DNA of 44,155 nucleotides from positions 1 to 44,155 of IMG/VR virus record IMGVR_UViG_3300020043_000309; one strand, 5' to 3'. Below, piece after piece: positions 26,735-35,173 of the stretch. Within the stretch, counting starts at the first letter, position 1; each line of letters starts with the position of its first letter. Under the pieces are notes generated by a model. The model saw nothing but the letters and a program-made list of their open reading frames with translations. It was not told where the DNA came from and made no database searches. The translations under genes were made by a program, and so were the position numbers. Origin of the DNA: a virus. Its lineage: Duplodnaviria; Caudoviricetes.

Positions 26735-28941
26735 TGACTGCAAAAGTCTTTGCCCTTGACACGAAATCTGGCATCCAGCGGGATGGAACTGTTTTTGACA
26801 AGCAGTTCTATAACGATGGGCGCTGGGTTCGTTTCCAGCGTGGAAGACCTCGGAAGATAGCGGGATATAGAGTTATCTCTAATCAACTGAGTGGGCCGTC
26901 CAGGGGCATTTGGGTCAATGCTCAGGACAGATTCAACTACATTTTTAGCGGCTACAGTGACGGATTGCAACAGCTTGTGATTGACGACAACGGCGTTGGC
27001 GCAGGCGTGTCTGACTTCACGCTGAGTAACTTCACTGCAAGTGCGCTTAACCTTTGGCAGTTTGATGGCTTTTACGATGTAGACGGATCTGGGAATGCTT
27101 CGTTGGTGGCGCATCCTGGGAGGAACTTGGGCGCAACAGATGCGACGGTAAATACACCAGTTCTGATTGGCGACATCAATGGGACTACGATGTCTCAGAT
27201 TGGTGTGTTTACTGACACAGCAACTACATCAAGTGGTTTGCCTACAGTGACTCTGGCGGCAACCAATCTGTTGATCGGTGCAGGGCAGACTGTTACTGGA
27301 ACTGGTATTCCTGCAAACACAACTGTTGTTTCTGTCTCCACGACGACGGTTACGCTATCCAACAATGCCACTGCCTCTGGTTCAGTGACCTTGACGTTCA
27401 ACAACAATGTTGAGGTTTCTGGCGGTGTTGTGACACTGCATCCGTATGTGTTTGTCTACGGGAACAATGGCCTGATCAGGAACTGCTCTGCTGGGAATGC
27501 GCAGGACTGGGTTTCCGCCGACGCCAATGAAGTTAACGTGGCTACAGGGAAGTTCGTTCAGGGGCTTCCAGTTCGTGGTGGTTCTAACTCTCCGAGTGGT
27601 TTGTTTTGGAGCTTAGACAGTCTTGTCAAAGTGAGTTACATCGGTGGTCAGGGGACACCGACTCAGTATTGGCGATACGACATCGTTTCAAGTCAGTCGT
27701 CCATTCTGTCTAGTCAGTCTGCGATTGAGTACGACGGGGTGTACTACTGGTGTGGTGTGGATAGATTCCTTCTGTACAACGGCGTTGTGAAGGAAATCCC
27801 CAACGACATGAACCAGAACTACTTCTTTGACAACCTAAATTATGCGCAGCGTCAAAAAGTATGGGCTACGAAGGTTCCTCGTTTTGGTGAGATTTGGTGG
27901 TTCTATCCGCGGGGCGACTCCGTTGAGTGCAACGATGTGATCATCTACAACATCCGAGAGAACACTTGGTATGACGCTGGACAGGCATTAGGTGCCAGAA
28001 GGTCTGCGGGATACTTCTCTCAGGTATTCGCCTTTCCTGTTGCTGCTGGATGTGATGTGTCCGAAGAAGTTGAAGTCACAACTGCAATAGTAAACGCGAC
28101 TTCTGGGAGCGATCTTCTGCTTCTAGACACCTACAACGTAGACGTTACTCTCGGTCTGATTATTTCAGGCATCAACATAGCCAGCGGCGCTACTGTCCAA
28201 GCCATTACCTCAAGCAACATAAAGACTCTTGGTGCGATTGTTGGGGGCTCTGGTTATCCAAACGCGATTTACACCAATGTTCCGCTTACAGGTGGTTCGG
28301 GTGCTGGAGCGCTGGCGACCATCACGGTTAGTGGCGGCTCTGTTACTACTGTGTCGGTAACTAATCCAGGCGCAGGTTATGAGAGTGGTGACTCACTGAG
28401 CGCAAGCAATACAAATCTCGGTGGCTCTGGAGCAGGTTTTGCTGTTCCTGTCTCTGCTATTTATGCACAAGGCATTGAGATGTCTTTGGTTGCAACAGGA
28501 ACAGGATCAAGCACTGCTACGTTCAAAACAGAACCAGATCTCATCAACATCTACCAGCATGAATTCGGCGTCAATTCTATTGACGGCACGAACGTGACGG
28601 CCATTGAGAGCTATTTTGAGACGAATGATATTGGATGGGTTTCTGGTGGGCCTTCTCAGCCGACAATGGAAGGTGCAAATCGTTGGCTGAGGCTTGAGCG
28701 CGTTGAGCCAGACTTCATCCAAGAGGGTGATATGTCTCTGATCGTGACTGGAAGGCCTTATGCTCAATCAGAAGATGTTGAGTCAAATCCCTATACGTTT
28801 GCCCCAAATACGAACAAAATTGACATGAAGGAACAGCGCCGTGAATTGCGTCTCAAGTTCGTGTCAAATGTGGCTGATGGTGACTATCAGCTAGGTCGCG
28901 TGATCCTGAGCGCGGACATTGGTGATGTCCGAGGTTATTGA
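26734..28941 (+). CDS. Putative tail body/nozzle protein (beta-propeller type) with inserted domains
   Basis: 735 aa; WVRFQRGRPRKI, YWCGVDRFLLYNG, EIWWFYP, IYNIRENTWY, RVEPDF. Low-complexity beta inserts (VTGTGIPANTTV; VTNPGAGY). Confidence 0.65.
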   Translation: MTAKVFALDTKSGIQRDGTVFDKQFYNDGRWVRFQRGRPRKIAGYRVISNQLSGPSRGIWVNAQDRFNYIFSGYSDGLQQLVIDDNGVGAGVSDFTLSNFTASALNLWQFDGFYDVDGSGNASLVAHPGRNLGATDATVNTPVLIGDINGTTMSQIGVFTDTATTSSGLPTVTLAATNLLIGAGQTVTGTGIPANTTVVSVSTTTVTLSNNATASGSVTLTFNNNVEVSGGVVTLHPYVFVYGNNGLIRNCSAGNAQDWVSADANEVNVATGKFVQGLPVRGGSNSPSGLFWSLDSLVKVSYIGGQGTPTQYWRYDIVSSQSSILSSQSAIEYDGVYYWCGVDRFLLYNGVVKEIPNDMNQNYFFDNLNYAQRQKVWATKVPRFGEIWWFYPRGDSVECNDVIIYNIRENTWYDAGQALGARRSAGYFSQVFAFPVAAGCDVSEEVEVTTAIVNATSGSDLLLLDTYNVDVTLGLIISGINIASGATVQAITSSNIKTLGAIVGGSGYPNAIYTNVPLTGGSGAGALATITVSGGSVTTVSVTNPGAGYESGDSLSASNTNLGGSGAGFAVPVSAIYAQGIEMSLVATGTGSSTATFKTEPDLINIYQHEFGVNSIDGTNVTAIESYFETNDIGWVSGGPSQPTMEGANRWLRLERVEPDFIQEGDMSLIVTGRPYAQSEDVESNPYTFAPNTNKIDMKEQRRELRLKFVSNVADGDYQLGRVILSADIGDVRGY

Positions 28942-28960
28942 TTCCCTGAAGGAGTAAATC

Positions 28961-29365
28961 ATGGCGAACGCCATTTATCCGAAGTACAAGGAAGTTATCC
29001 TTGGCGCAGCAACCAACACGGACTTACTGAGTGGGACGGTCAAGGTTGCGCTGGTTGATACGGGAACGTACACCTACAGCGCATCTGACCAATACCTGAC
29101 ATCTCTGACGGGTGTTGTGGGTACTGCTCAGACGATTGGCGGGCCTAAGACGGTGACGAATGGTGTCTTTGATGGCGCAGATGTAACCTACACATCGGTG
29201 ACAGGCTCCAGTGTTGAAGCATTGGTGATCTATGTAGACACAGGCACGGCCGCTACTTCACCGCTAGTAGCGTACATTGATACTGGTGTGACGGGCTTGC
29301 CGGTCACGCCCAATGGCGGCAACATAACAATTACTTGGTCAGTTTCGGGAATATTCTCGCTCTAA
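28961..29365 (+). CDS. Virion structural protein (first gene of the accessory module)
   Basis: 134 aa with AAGGAG RBS; GLPVTPNGGNITITW; its 3' end is duplicated at 30035-30061. Confidence 0.75.
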   Translation: MANAIYPKYKEVILGAATNTDLLSGTVKVALVDTGTYTYSASDQYLTSLTGVVGTAQTIGGPKTVTNGVFDGADVTYTSVTGSSVEALVIYVDTGTAATSPLVAYIDTGVTGLPVTPNGGNITITWSVSGIFSL

Positions 29366-29382
29366 GCCCTATAATCTAGGGC
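29366..29382 (+). promoter_or_regulatory. Hairpin overlapping a TATAAT box, directly upstream of the HNH start codon
   Basis: GCCCTA-TAATC-TAGGGC; TATAAT at 29370-29375, 7 nt before ATG 29383. Confidence 0.5.
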
Positions 29383-30036
29383 ATGAAAAGTACCCTGACC
29401 CGTAGTGAACAAGATGAACATGGTACATGGTGGTACATCCAGCGCGGAGGCACTCGACAGAGGGCCAAAGTCAAGGTTTGCCTATCCTGTGGCGACAGCT
29501 TTTTGGGCTATCCAACAGGCAGTTCGGATTACTGCTCCCCTGAGTGCTACCGCAAGAAATGTGGTCGATGCGGTGTTTTGTTTCATGCAAAAACCGTTCG
29601 CCACACGTATTGCTCAAACGAGTGCAAACTTGGATCGTTTAAGTGTGAAAATTGCGCCAAAACATTTGTCCCCAGTAAGAATGCTGCGGGTCGTTTCTGT
29701 AGCATTCAGTGTCATTACCAGTTCAGTTGCCCTGTTGGCACAATTCGTGATGCAGGCGCTGGGTACAAAATCATCAAAGTTCCTCCTGGCACCAAGGGGA
29801 CCAAGAAGAAATACGGCCCAGGCGGAAATCAATGGATGCTTGAGCATCGCTGGGTCATGCAGCAAAAACTTGGCAGGGAGCTTGGGCCAAAGGAAAGCGT
29901 CCATCACATCAACGGAAAGCGCGATGACAACAGGCCTGAAAACCTTGAACTTTGGAAGCGATCTCAGCCTGCTGGGGTTCGTGCTTCCGACTATCACTGT
30001 GCTGGATGTAAGTGCTTCACGCTTCCGCGTGAATAA
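29383..30036 (+). CDS. HNH homing endonuclease with N-terminal CxxC...CSxxC zinc-finger repeats
   Basis: Three CxxC/[YF]CSxxC units; EHRWVMQQKLGRELGPKESVHHINGKRDDNRPENLELW. Confidence 0.9.
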   Translation: MKSTLTRSEQDEHGTWWYIQRGGTRQRAKVKVCLSCGDSFLGYPTGSSDYCSPECYRKKCGRCGVLFHAKTVRHTYCSNECKLGSFKCENCAKTFVPSKNAAGRFCSIQCHYQFSCPVGTIRDAGAGYKIIKVPPGTKGTKKKYGPGGNQWMLEHRWVMQQKLGRELGPKESVHHINGKRDDNRPENLELWKRSQPAGVRASDYHCAGCKCFTLPRE

Positions 30037-30064
30037 TGCATCAGGCATCTTTGCACTCTAAGCC
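30035..30064 (+). repeat. Displaced copy of the 3' end of gene 28961..29365 (NASGIFAL-stop)
   Basis: AATGCATCAGGCATCTTTGCACTCTAAGCC versus TCAGTTTCGGGAATATTCTCGCTCTAAGCC at 29339-29368. Confidence 0.85.
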
Positions 30065-30099
30065 GTTTGAAAACTATTGCTGACCATAGGATGTAGACG

Positions 30100-30525
30100 A
30101 TGGCTGACAACGTAGGGTATACCCCAGGCTCTGGCGCGGTAATTGCGGCCGACGACATTGGTGGCGTGCTGCATCAGCGCGTAAAAATTGGCGTTGGCGC
30201 GGACAACACGGCGGTTGATGTCTCTGATGAAAACCCGATGCCTGTCAGCACGCAGGGGTTGGACATCTTGCGTCGCATCGCGGCGCTGCTCAAACCGCTA
30301 CAGCAAATCACAGGCGGGGGCTCTAATCGACTTTCTATTGACGTCAATAGCGGCACCGTCACTACGGTTGGCACAGTCACTACCGTCACCACCGTTACTA
30401 CGGTCAGCACGGTGAGCAACGTGGCTGCATCCACGCTGACCAACATTGCAAACGTCTGGGGTTTTGACACCGCCAAAGCGATATCTCGGCAGGCCTACAA
30501 TTCTGGCATTCGCGCAAGGATCTAA
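30100..30525 (+). CDS. Short fibre-like protein with (VTT)n repeats
   Basis: DVSDENPMPV and GTVTTVGTVTTVTTVTTVSTV. Confidence 0.7.
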   Translation: MADNVGYTPGSGAVIAADDIGGVLHQRVKIGVGADNTAVDVSDENPMPVSTQGLDILRRIAALLKPLQQITGGGSNRLSIDVNSGTVTTVGTVTTVTTVTTVSTVSNVAASTLTNIANVWGFDTAKAISRQAYNSGIRARI

Positions 30526-30528
30526 ATC

Positions 30529-33366
30529 ATGCCTAGCACTATTGTCCCAGTACTGGATCTTCCGTTTTTTGAGCTTTGCAACCAAGCCCCTGCTGCATCA
30601 GGCGCTACGGCAGCATTTGCGACTGCGGAAGATGGTGCTGACAGGTTTCTCTACTACCTTAGTGGCTCGGCGTTCTACCGCTATGACACGGAGATGGATA
30701 CATGGCAGCAGTTGGCAAACCCCGGCGTTGCCCCTGCCACGCTTGTGTCGATGCGGCATACACGACGGCGCGGGTATCATGGGCGCGTTATTTCCGCTAC
30801 AGCGTCTTCTGTTACGTTGCCTAACCTGCGTCAAAGTGAATTGACGGGGCAGACGATCCGAATTGAGTACGGCACCGGAGCGGGACAAGAGCGCACGATT
30901 ACCTACACTGGCGAGACAACGCATGATTTTGGCGTTGTAACGGCAGCAACAGCGCTGGTCTTCACCGACTCGACCAAGAAGTGGCGCGTTAATCAGTGGG
31001 CGAGTTACACAATCGCCATCACTTTTGGTACTGGCGTTACGCTTTACCGCAAAATCCTGTACAACGATGCTACGGCAATCACAATTTCTGACGTCAACTT
31101 GATGCCGCACGACCCGTGGAATAACACGGATGTTTTGGCTACGTCTCCGTATGCCGTTCCTGCGGCGACTGCGGGCGCACAGACGATGTACCGCATCATT
31201 TCAGCGGACTTTTCGCTGAATTCAAACTGGACAGTTACACCGGATTCGACTTCGTACTTCACTACCTTGTCTGGCGGCATCTATTTGGTGTCGTCCGCTG
31301 CCGCAGCGCCGTTCTTCACGTTGCAGTACTACGATATTCTTGCGGATTACTGGTACAGCAAAACCTGCCCTCAAGGCATGCTCCTTGCGGCACTTGGTAC
31401 GGACGTATCAATTGAACGTCTTGCCAAAGTCAGTACACCCCTGCTGGCATCCACTGCGGTAACTTCTGCGACTTCTCGTACTGTTACTGCTTCCTCTCTG
31501 ACGCTTGCAAATGACCGCTGGGCTAACTGCCGACTTTTGATTGTTGGTGGTACTGGGGCTGGTCAAAACAGACGTATTGTGGGGAATAACACCACGACAT
31601 TCTGGCTTTCTCGTCAGTGGGCAACGACTCCTGACGCTACCTCCACGTTTGAAATTTGGCCTGACTGGGATCGTTTGTACATGGCGGGCAACGCGGCCTC
31701 GGCGCTGTATGCATACTCGCCAGAGAACGATTACTGGATGCAGGGGCAGGCGTTTGACGACGGCGTAACGACAAACATCTCTGCTTCTCTGGGCAACGTC
31801 TGGATGCCTGTGGGTGTCTCAACAGGCGTTCGCATTGCTGCGGGCGTTACAGGTGTAGCCTCTGCTCCGACGGCAGGCGGCACCGGCTATGTCATCGGTG
31901 ATGTACTGACCTGCTCGGTGGGCGGTACGGGCGCACAGGTAATTGTTACCAGCATCAACCCTGGTGGAATCGTGACGGGCATTGCGCTCGTGAACAGCGG
32001 TACTGCGACGGGCTTTACGGTCGGCACCGGGCGTGCGACAACGGGCGGTACGGGTACTGGCTGTACGATTGAGATTACGTCTGTTGGTCCGACCGCGACA
32101 ATCACCACGGCATCCGCGCACTTCTTCCGGACTGGGGACAGCGTAACTTTTGCTGGTTGCTCTGAAGCGGCATGGAATACTGCGCATACCTTGCTGGGCG
32201 CTCCGTCCACCACGACATTCTGCGTAGCCGTGACGGCGACCGCAAACATGGCGGCTAGCAACTCGCAGAGCACCACCGTCATCGTGGATCCCTCGAAAAA
32301 CTGGACGACGAACGAGCACGTTGGCCGAGTGGTTGCACTGAGCGTAGCAGGTCGTGCGCCTACGACCCAATACCGCTGGATTACAGCGAACACCGCAACA
32401 ACCATTACCGTAGCAACAATTACCGCAGCGGTAAACGGCACCAGCAAATACGTCATCTATGACGCCAAAGCGTTTGGGGTTGATGATCAACGTGCTACCA
32501 GCGGACAGCAGGCTTACGGCTGGGCCACGAGCGGCAGCACCACTACCCTGGTGGACAACACAAAGTCTTGGGTTCCGAACCAGTGGGCGGGCTACCTGTT
32601 CAAGATCGAGACAGGCACGGGTTACGGCTCGGGGCGAATCAGCATCATCAGCAACACCGCGACCACGCTGACCTACGCCACCCAGGCGTTCACGCCGGAC
32701 TCCACGACCAAGTACGAGATCGCTGATACCTGGGGCTTGGCAAGCGCATCGACCACAACGTCGATCACTGAGGCCACCAGCAAAAACTGGACGGTCAACC
32801 AGTGGGCAGGTAAGCGTGTTCGTATCATCGCTGGCACGGGCGCAGGTCAAGAGTCTACGGTTGCATCCAACACGGCGACGGCGCTGACAACCGGCACCAT
32901 CACGGCGGGTGATGCAACTTCGGTCTATGCCATATACGGTATACCGGCGCGTGGAGCCGGTATTGAACTGCTGTATCCGTTTGATGCGACAGTGGATCGC
33001 GGTGAGTACATCGTTTCAATCCGTGGCGGCGGCACAAACGGTATTGACCTGTTCAATATCCAGACCGGGCGCTGGGATTACGGTATTCACTTCCACCCGC
33101 AGAACGAACTGTTTACGACTGGAAGCAGTTACACCTACGGCGGCGGCAACAAGATCCTGCTGACCAGAACTGCCAATACGTCGGTTGTTCGCGTGCTCGA
33201 GTTGGATCTGGAAACGCGGCAAATTGTGGGCCGTGGGACAACGACGTTCTTGTCTGGAACGGTGACGATTGGCAACATTGTAGAAGCCATCACTTCCGGT
33301 GGGTACACGTTTGTGTACGTTCTGCAGTCAGGTGGCACACTAATGTCCCGGGCGGTAATGATCTAA
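30529..33366 (+). CDS. Large beta-rich virion protein with repeated WxxNxW...GTGAGQ.R.I..NT domains and kelch-like segments
   Basis: 945 aa; about six copies of the domain; FYRYDTEMDTWQQLA-type blades. Confidence 0.7.
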   Translation: MPSTIVPVLDLPFFELCNQAPAASGATAAFATAEDGADRFLYYLSGSAFYRYDTEMDTWQQLANPGVAPATLVSMRHTRRRGYHGRVISATASSVTLPNLRQSELTGQTIRIEYGTGAGQERTITYTGETTHDFGVVTAATALVFTDSTKKWRVNQWASYTIAITFGTGVTLYRKILYNDATAITISDVNLMPHDPWNNTDVLATSPYAVPAATAGAQTMYRIISADFSLNSNWTVTPDSTSYFTTLSGGIYLVSSAAAAPFFTLQYYDILADYWYSKTCPQGMLLAALGTDVSIERLAKVSTPLLASTAVTSATSRTVTASSLTLANDRWANCRLLIVGGTGAGQNRRIVGNNTTTFWLSRQWATTPDATSTFEIWPDWDRLYMAGNAASALYAYSPENDYWMQGQAFDDGVTTNISASLGNVWMPVGVSTGVRIAAGVTGVASAPTAGGTGYVIGDVLTCSVGGTGAQVIVTSINPGGIVTGIALVNSGTATGFTVGTGRATTGGTGTGCTIEITSVGPTATITTASAHFFRTGDSVTFAGCSEAAWNTAHTLLGAPSTTTFCVAVTATANMAASNSQSTTVIVDPSKNWTTNEHVGRVVALSVAGRAPTTQYRWITANTATTITVATITAAVNGTSKYVIYDAKAFGVDDQRATSGQQAYGWATSGSTTTLVDNTKSWVPNQWAGYLFKIETGTGYGSGRISIISNTATTLTYATQAFTPDSTTKYEIADTWGLASASTTTSITEATSKNWTVNQWAGKRVRIIAGTGAGQESTVASNTATALTTGTITAGDATSVYAIYGIPARGAGIELLYPFDATVDRGEYIVSIRGGGTNGIDLFNIQTGRWDYGIHFHPQNELFTTGSSYTYGGGNKILLTRTANTSVVRVLELDLETRQIVGRGTTTFLSGTVTIGNIVEAITSGGYTFVYVLQSGGTLMSRAVMI

Positions 33367-33376
33367 GGAAGCAGCC

Positions 33377-33541
33377 ATGAATCTGGATGATCTGCTGAAC
33401 CTCGCAAAAGCCCGGGTCTTGCATCTGGAGCAACTGCGGCAAGTGGCGTCTCAGCAGGGTGATGTCACAACGATTGCCCGCCTAGAAGCAGAAATTGCCG
33501 CCACCCAGGCCACCATTGCCAAGCTGCAAACGCTGGGGTGA
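33377..33541 (+). CDS. Small coiled-coil protein (54 aa)
   Basis: Read by hand; TAAGGA RBS; MNLDDLLNLAKARV...LEAEIAATQATIAKLQTLG. Confidence 0.7.
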   Translation: MNLDDLLNLAKARVLHLEQLRQVASQQGDVTTIARLEAEIAATQATIAKLQTLG

Positions 33542-33604
33542 TCCATGCTATTTGGCAAAGATATGCCGAAGGACACGACGGCGAGGTTAAAGGCAGCATA
33601 ATCT

Positions 33605-34834
33605 ATGCTGCTCACCCTTCTAAGTAATCAATCCGGCACCGCGGTAACGCTATACCCGTCGCTGGTTGTTAATACCAATGCGTTTTACGCGCCGACGGTC
33701 ACGGGCGACTACACGCTCACGCCCGCGCTTTTTACCAATACAAACACTTTTTACCCAGCAAGTGTTGCGGCTAGCAACACGCTGACGCCAGCGCTCTATA
33801 CCAATACAAATAGCTTTTACACGCCGTCGGTTTCAACGAGTAATACGTTACTTCCGGCTAGGTTTGACAACGCCAACACGTTCTATGCGCCGGTTGTCTC
33901 TGCCAACAACAGTTTGGCGCCGGGGCTCTACACCAATACACAGAACTTCTATCCGGCTAATGTCAGCGCCAGCAATTCTCTGCTGCCGTCGCTTGTTACA
34001 AACGCTCAGACTTTCTACAGCGCTACGGTTAATGCAGCAAATGCCTTGCTGCCGAGCCTTGTAGTCAATTCTCAGACGTTCTATAGCGCGACAGTTAGCG
34101 CACAGAACACGCTGCTTCCTGGGTTGTACACGAACACCCAGACGTTCTATGCGGCTAGTATTTCAACGTCAAATACGCTGCAGCCCGCGTTGTTTACGAA
34201 CGTCAACACGTTCTACACGCCCACAGTTCTAGGTACTTATAGCCTCAACCCTGCAAGATATGACAACACCCAGACGTTCTATGCGGCGTCTGTCACGGCT
34301 GAGAACTTCCTGTATCCGGGGCTCTACACGAACCCCAATACGATCTATCCGCCTATTGTTGACACACGGCTGATCCCGCCGCTTCTGGTCAACACTAATA
34401 CCTTCTACTCGCCTACGGTCACGCCTGGGCCGATTGATCTTCAGCCCCCGCTGTACGTCAACACAAATCAGTTCTTCACTGCTGCGGTAGAGCTTGGAAC
34501 GTACACGATTACCAGAGCCCAGGCTAGGCTGTTGCAGCAGATCTACAAGCTCAATGGGCTGGACTCAATGCCTTTGACTGTAAGCACGAACTTCAGGGCG
34601 GTGGATGACATCGTTCAATCCATCTCTGAAGCCAGGAATGGCACGGTAACTGTTCAGACCACGGCTGGTCTGACCTATACAACGGATGATCCTGGGGTGA
34701 TGATTGAGGAACTGGCGGCTCTGTATGCCCTGACCGATACGTTACAGGTAACGAGAGCCGGAAGGTTTGTGGGCACGCTTTCGCAGTCGATTGAGACAAA
34801 TGGATTCACCACGGTGGTGACGAGGCTGACATGA
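33605..34834 (+). CDS. Protein with 13 tandem ~22-aa repeats (LxPxLxxNxxTFYxxxV)
   Basis: Repeats span ~33647-34490, followed by a different C-terminal region. Confidence 0.75.
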   Translation: MLLTLLSNQSGTAVTLYPSLVVNTNAFYAPTVTGDYTLTPALFTNTNTFYPASVAASNTLTPALYTNTNSFYTPSVSTSNTLLPARFDNANTFYAPVVSANNSLAPGLYTNTQNFYPANVSASNSLLPSLVTNAQTFYSATVNAANALLPSLVVNSQTFYSATVSAQNTLLPGLYTNTQTFYAASISTSNTLQPALFTNVNTFYTPTVLGTYSLNPARYDNTQTFYAASVTAENFLYPGLYTNPNTIYPPIVDTRLIPPLLVNTNTFYSPTVTPGPIDLQPPLYVNTNQFFTAAVELGTYTITRAQARLLQQIYKLNGLDSMPLTVSTNFRAVDDIVQSISEARNGTVTVQTTAGLTYTTDDPGVMIEELAALYALTDTLQVTRAGRFVGTLSQSIETNGFTTVVTRLT

Positions 34835-35172
34835 CTCCAAGGTCAGTAGCGTTATTTGGCATTGGGTTTTCTACGATGCTGGTGGCTACGTTTGGCCTCG
34901 CTCCGGAATCAAAAGCAGTAGCGGGAAGTGCTCCACTTGTCTATGATCCTAGATATCACACCTTTGAGTCTTGGGCAAGCCTGATGACTGAGCAGTACGC
35001 AGTCAATCATCTTGAGATTCCAAGCCAGAACACCGACTGGAAGCTATGGGGCAATGGCTTGAAGGCAATTGATGTCTTCACCAACGAAGCAGTCCCCGCA
35101 ACAGACACTTACGACGACTGGCAAGACTGGGCTCAGGCTCTGCTAGGCGCAATCAACCCTGCGGTAAATTAA
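34831..35172 (+). CDS. Hypothetical protein with a hydrophobic N-terminus and a Trp-rich C-terminal domain
   Basis: ATGA overlap; YDPRYHTFESW...DWKLWG...DDWQDWA. Confidence 0.7.
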   Translation: MTPRSVALFGIGFSTMLVATFGLAPESKAVAGSAPLVYDPRYHTFESWASLMTEQYAVNHLEIPSQNTDWKLWGNGLKAIDVFTNEAVPATDTYDDWQDWAQALLGAINPAVN

Positions 35173-35173
35173 T

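Noticed and set aside
29339-30034. Group I intron or intein explanation for the HNH #3 insert
   Set aside because: The insert is almost entirely HNH ORF with no room for a ribozyme core, has no intein motifs, and the host gene already has its own stop.
31819-32850. 343-aa minus-strand ORF and other long antisense ORFs (e.g. 5720..6478, 9957..10547, 10626..11210)
   Set aside because: Shadows of codon-biased + strand genes, with no motifs or RBS.
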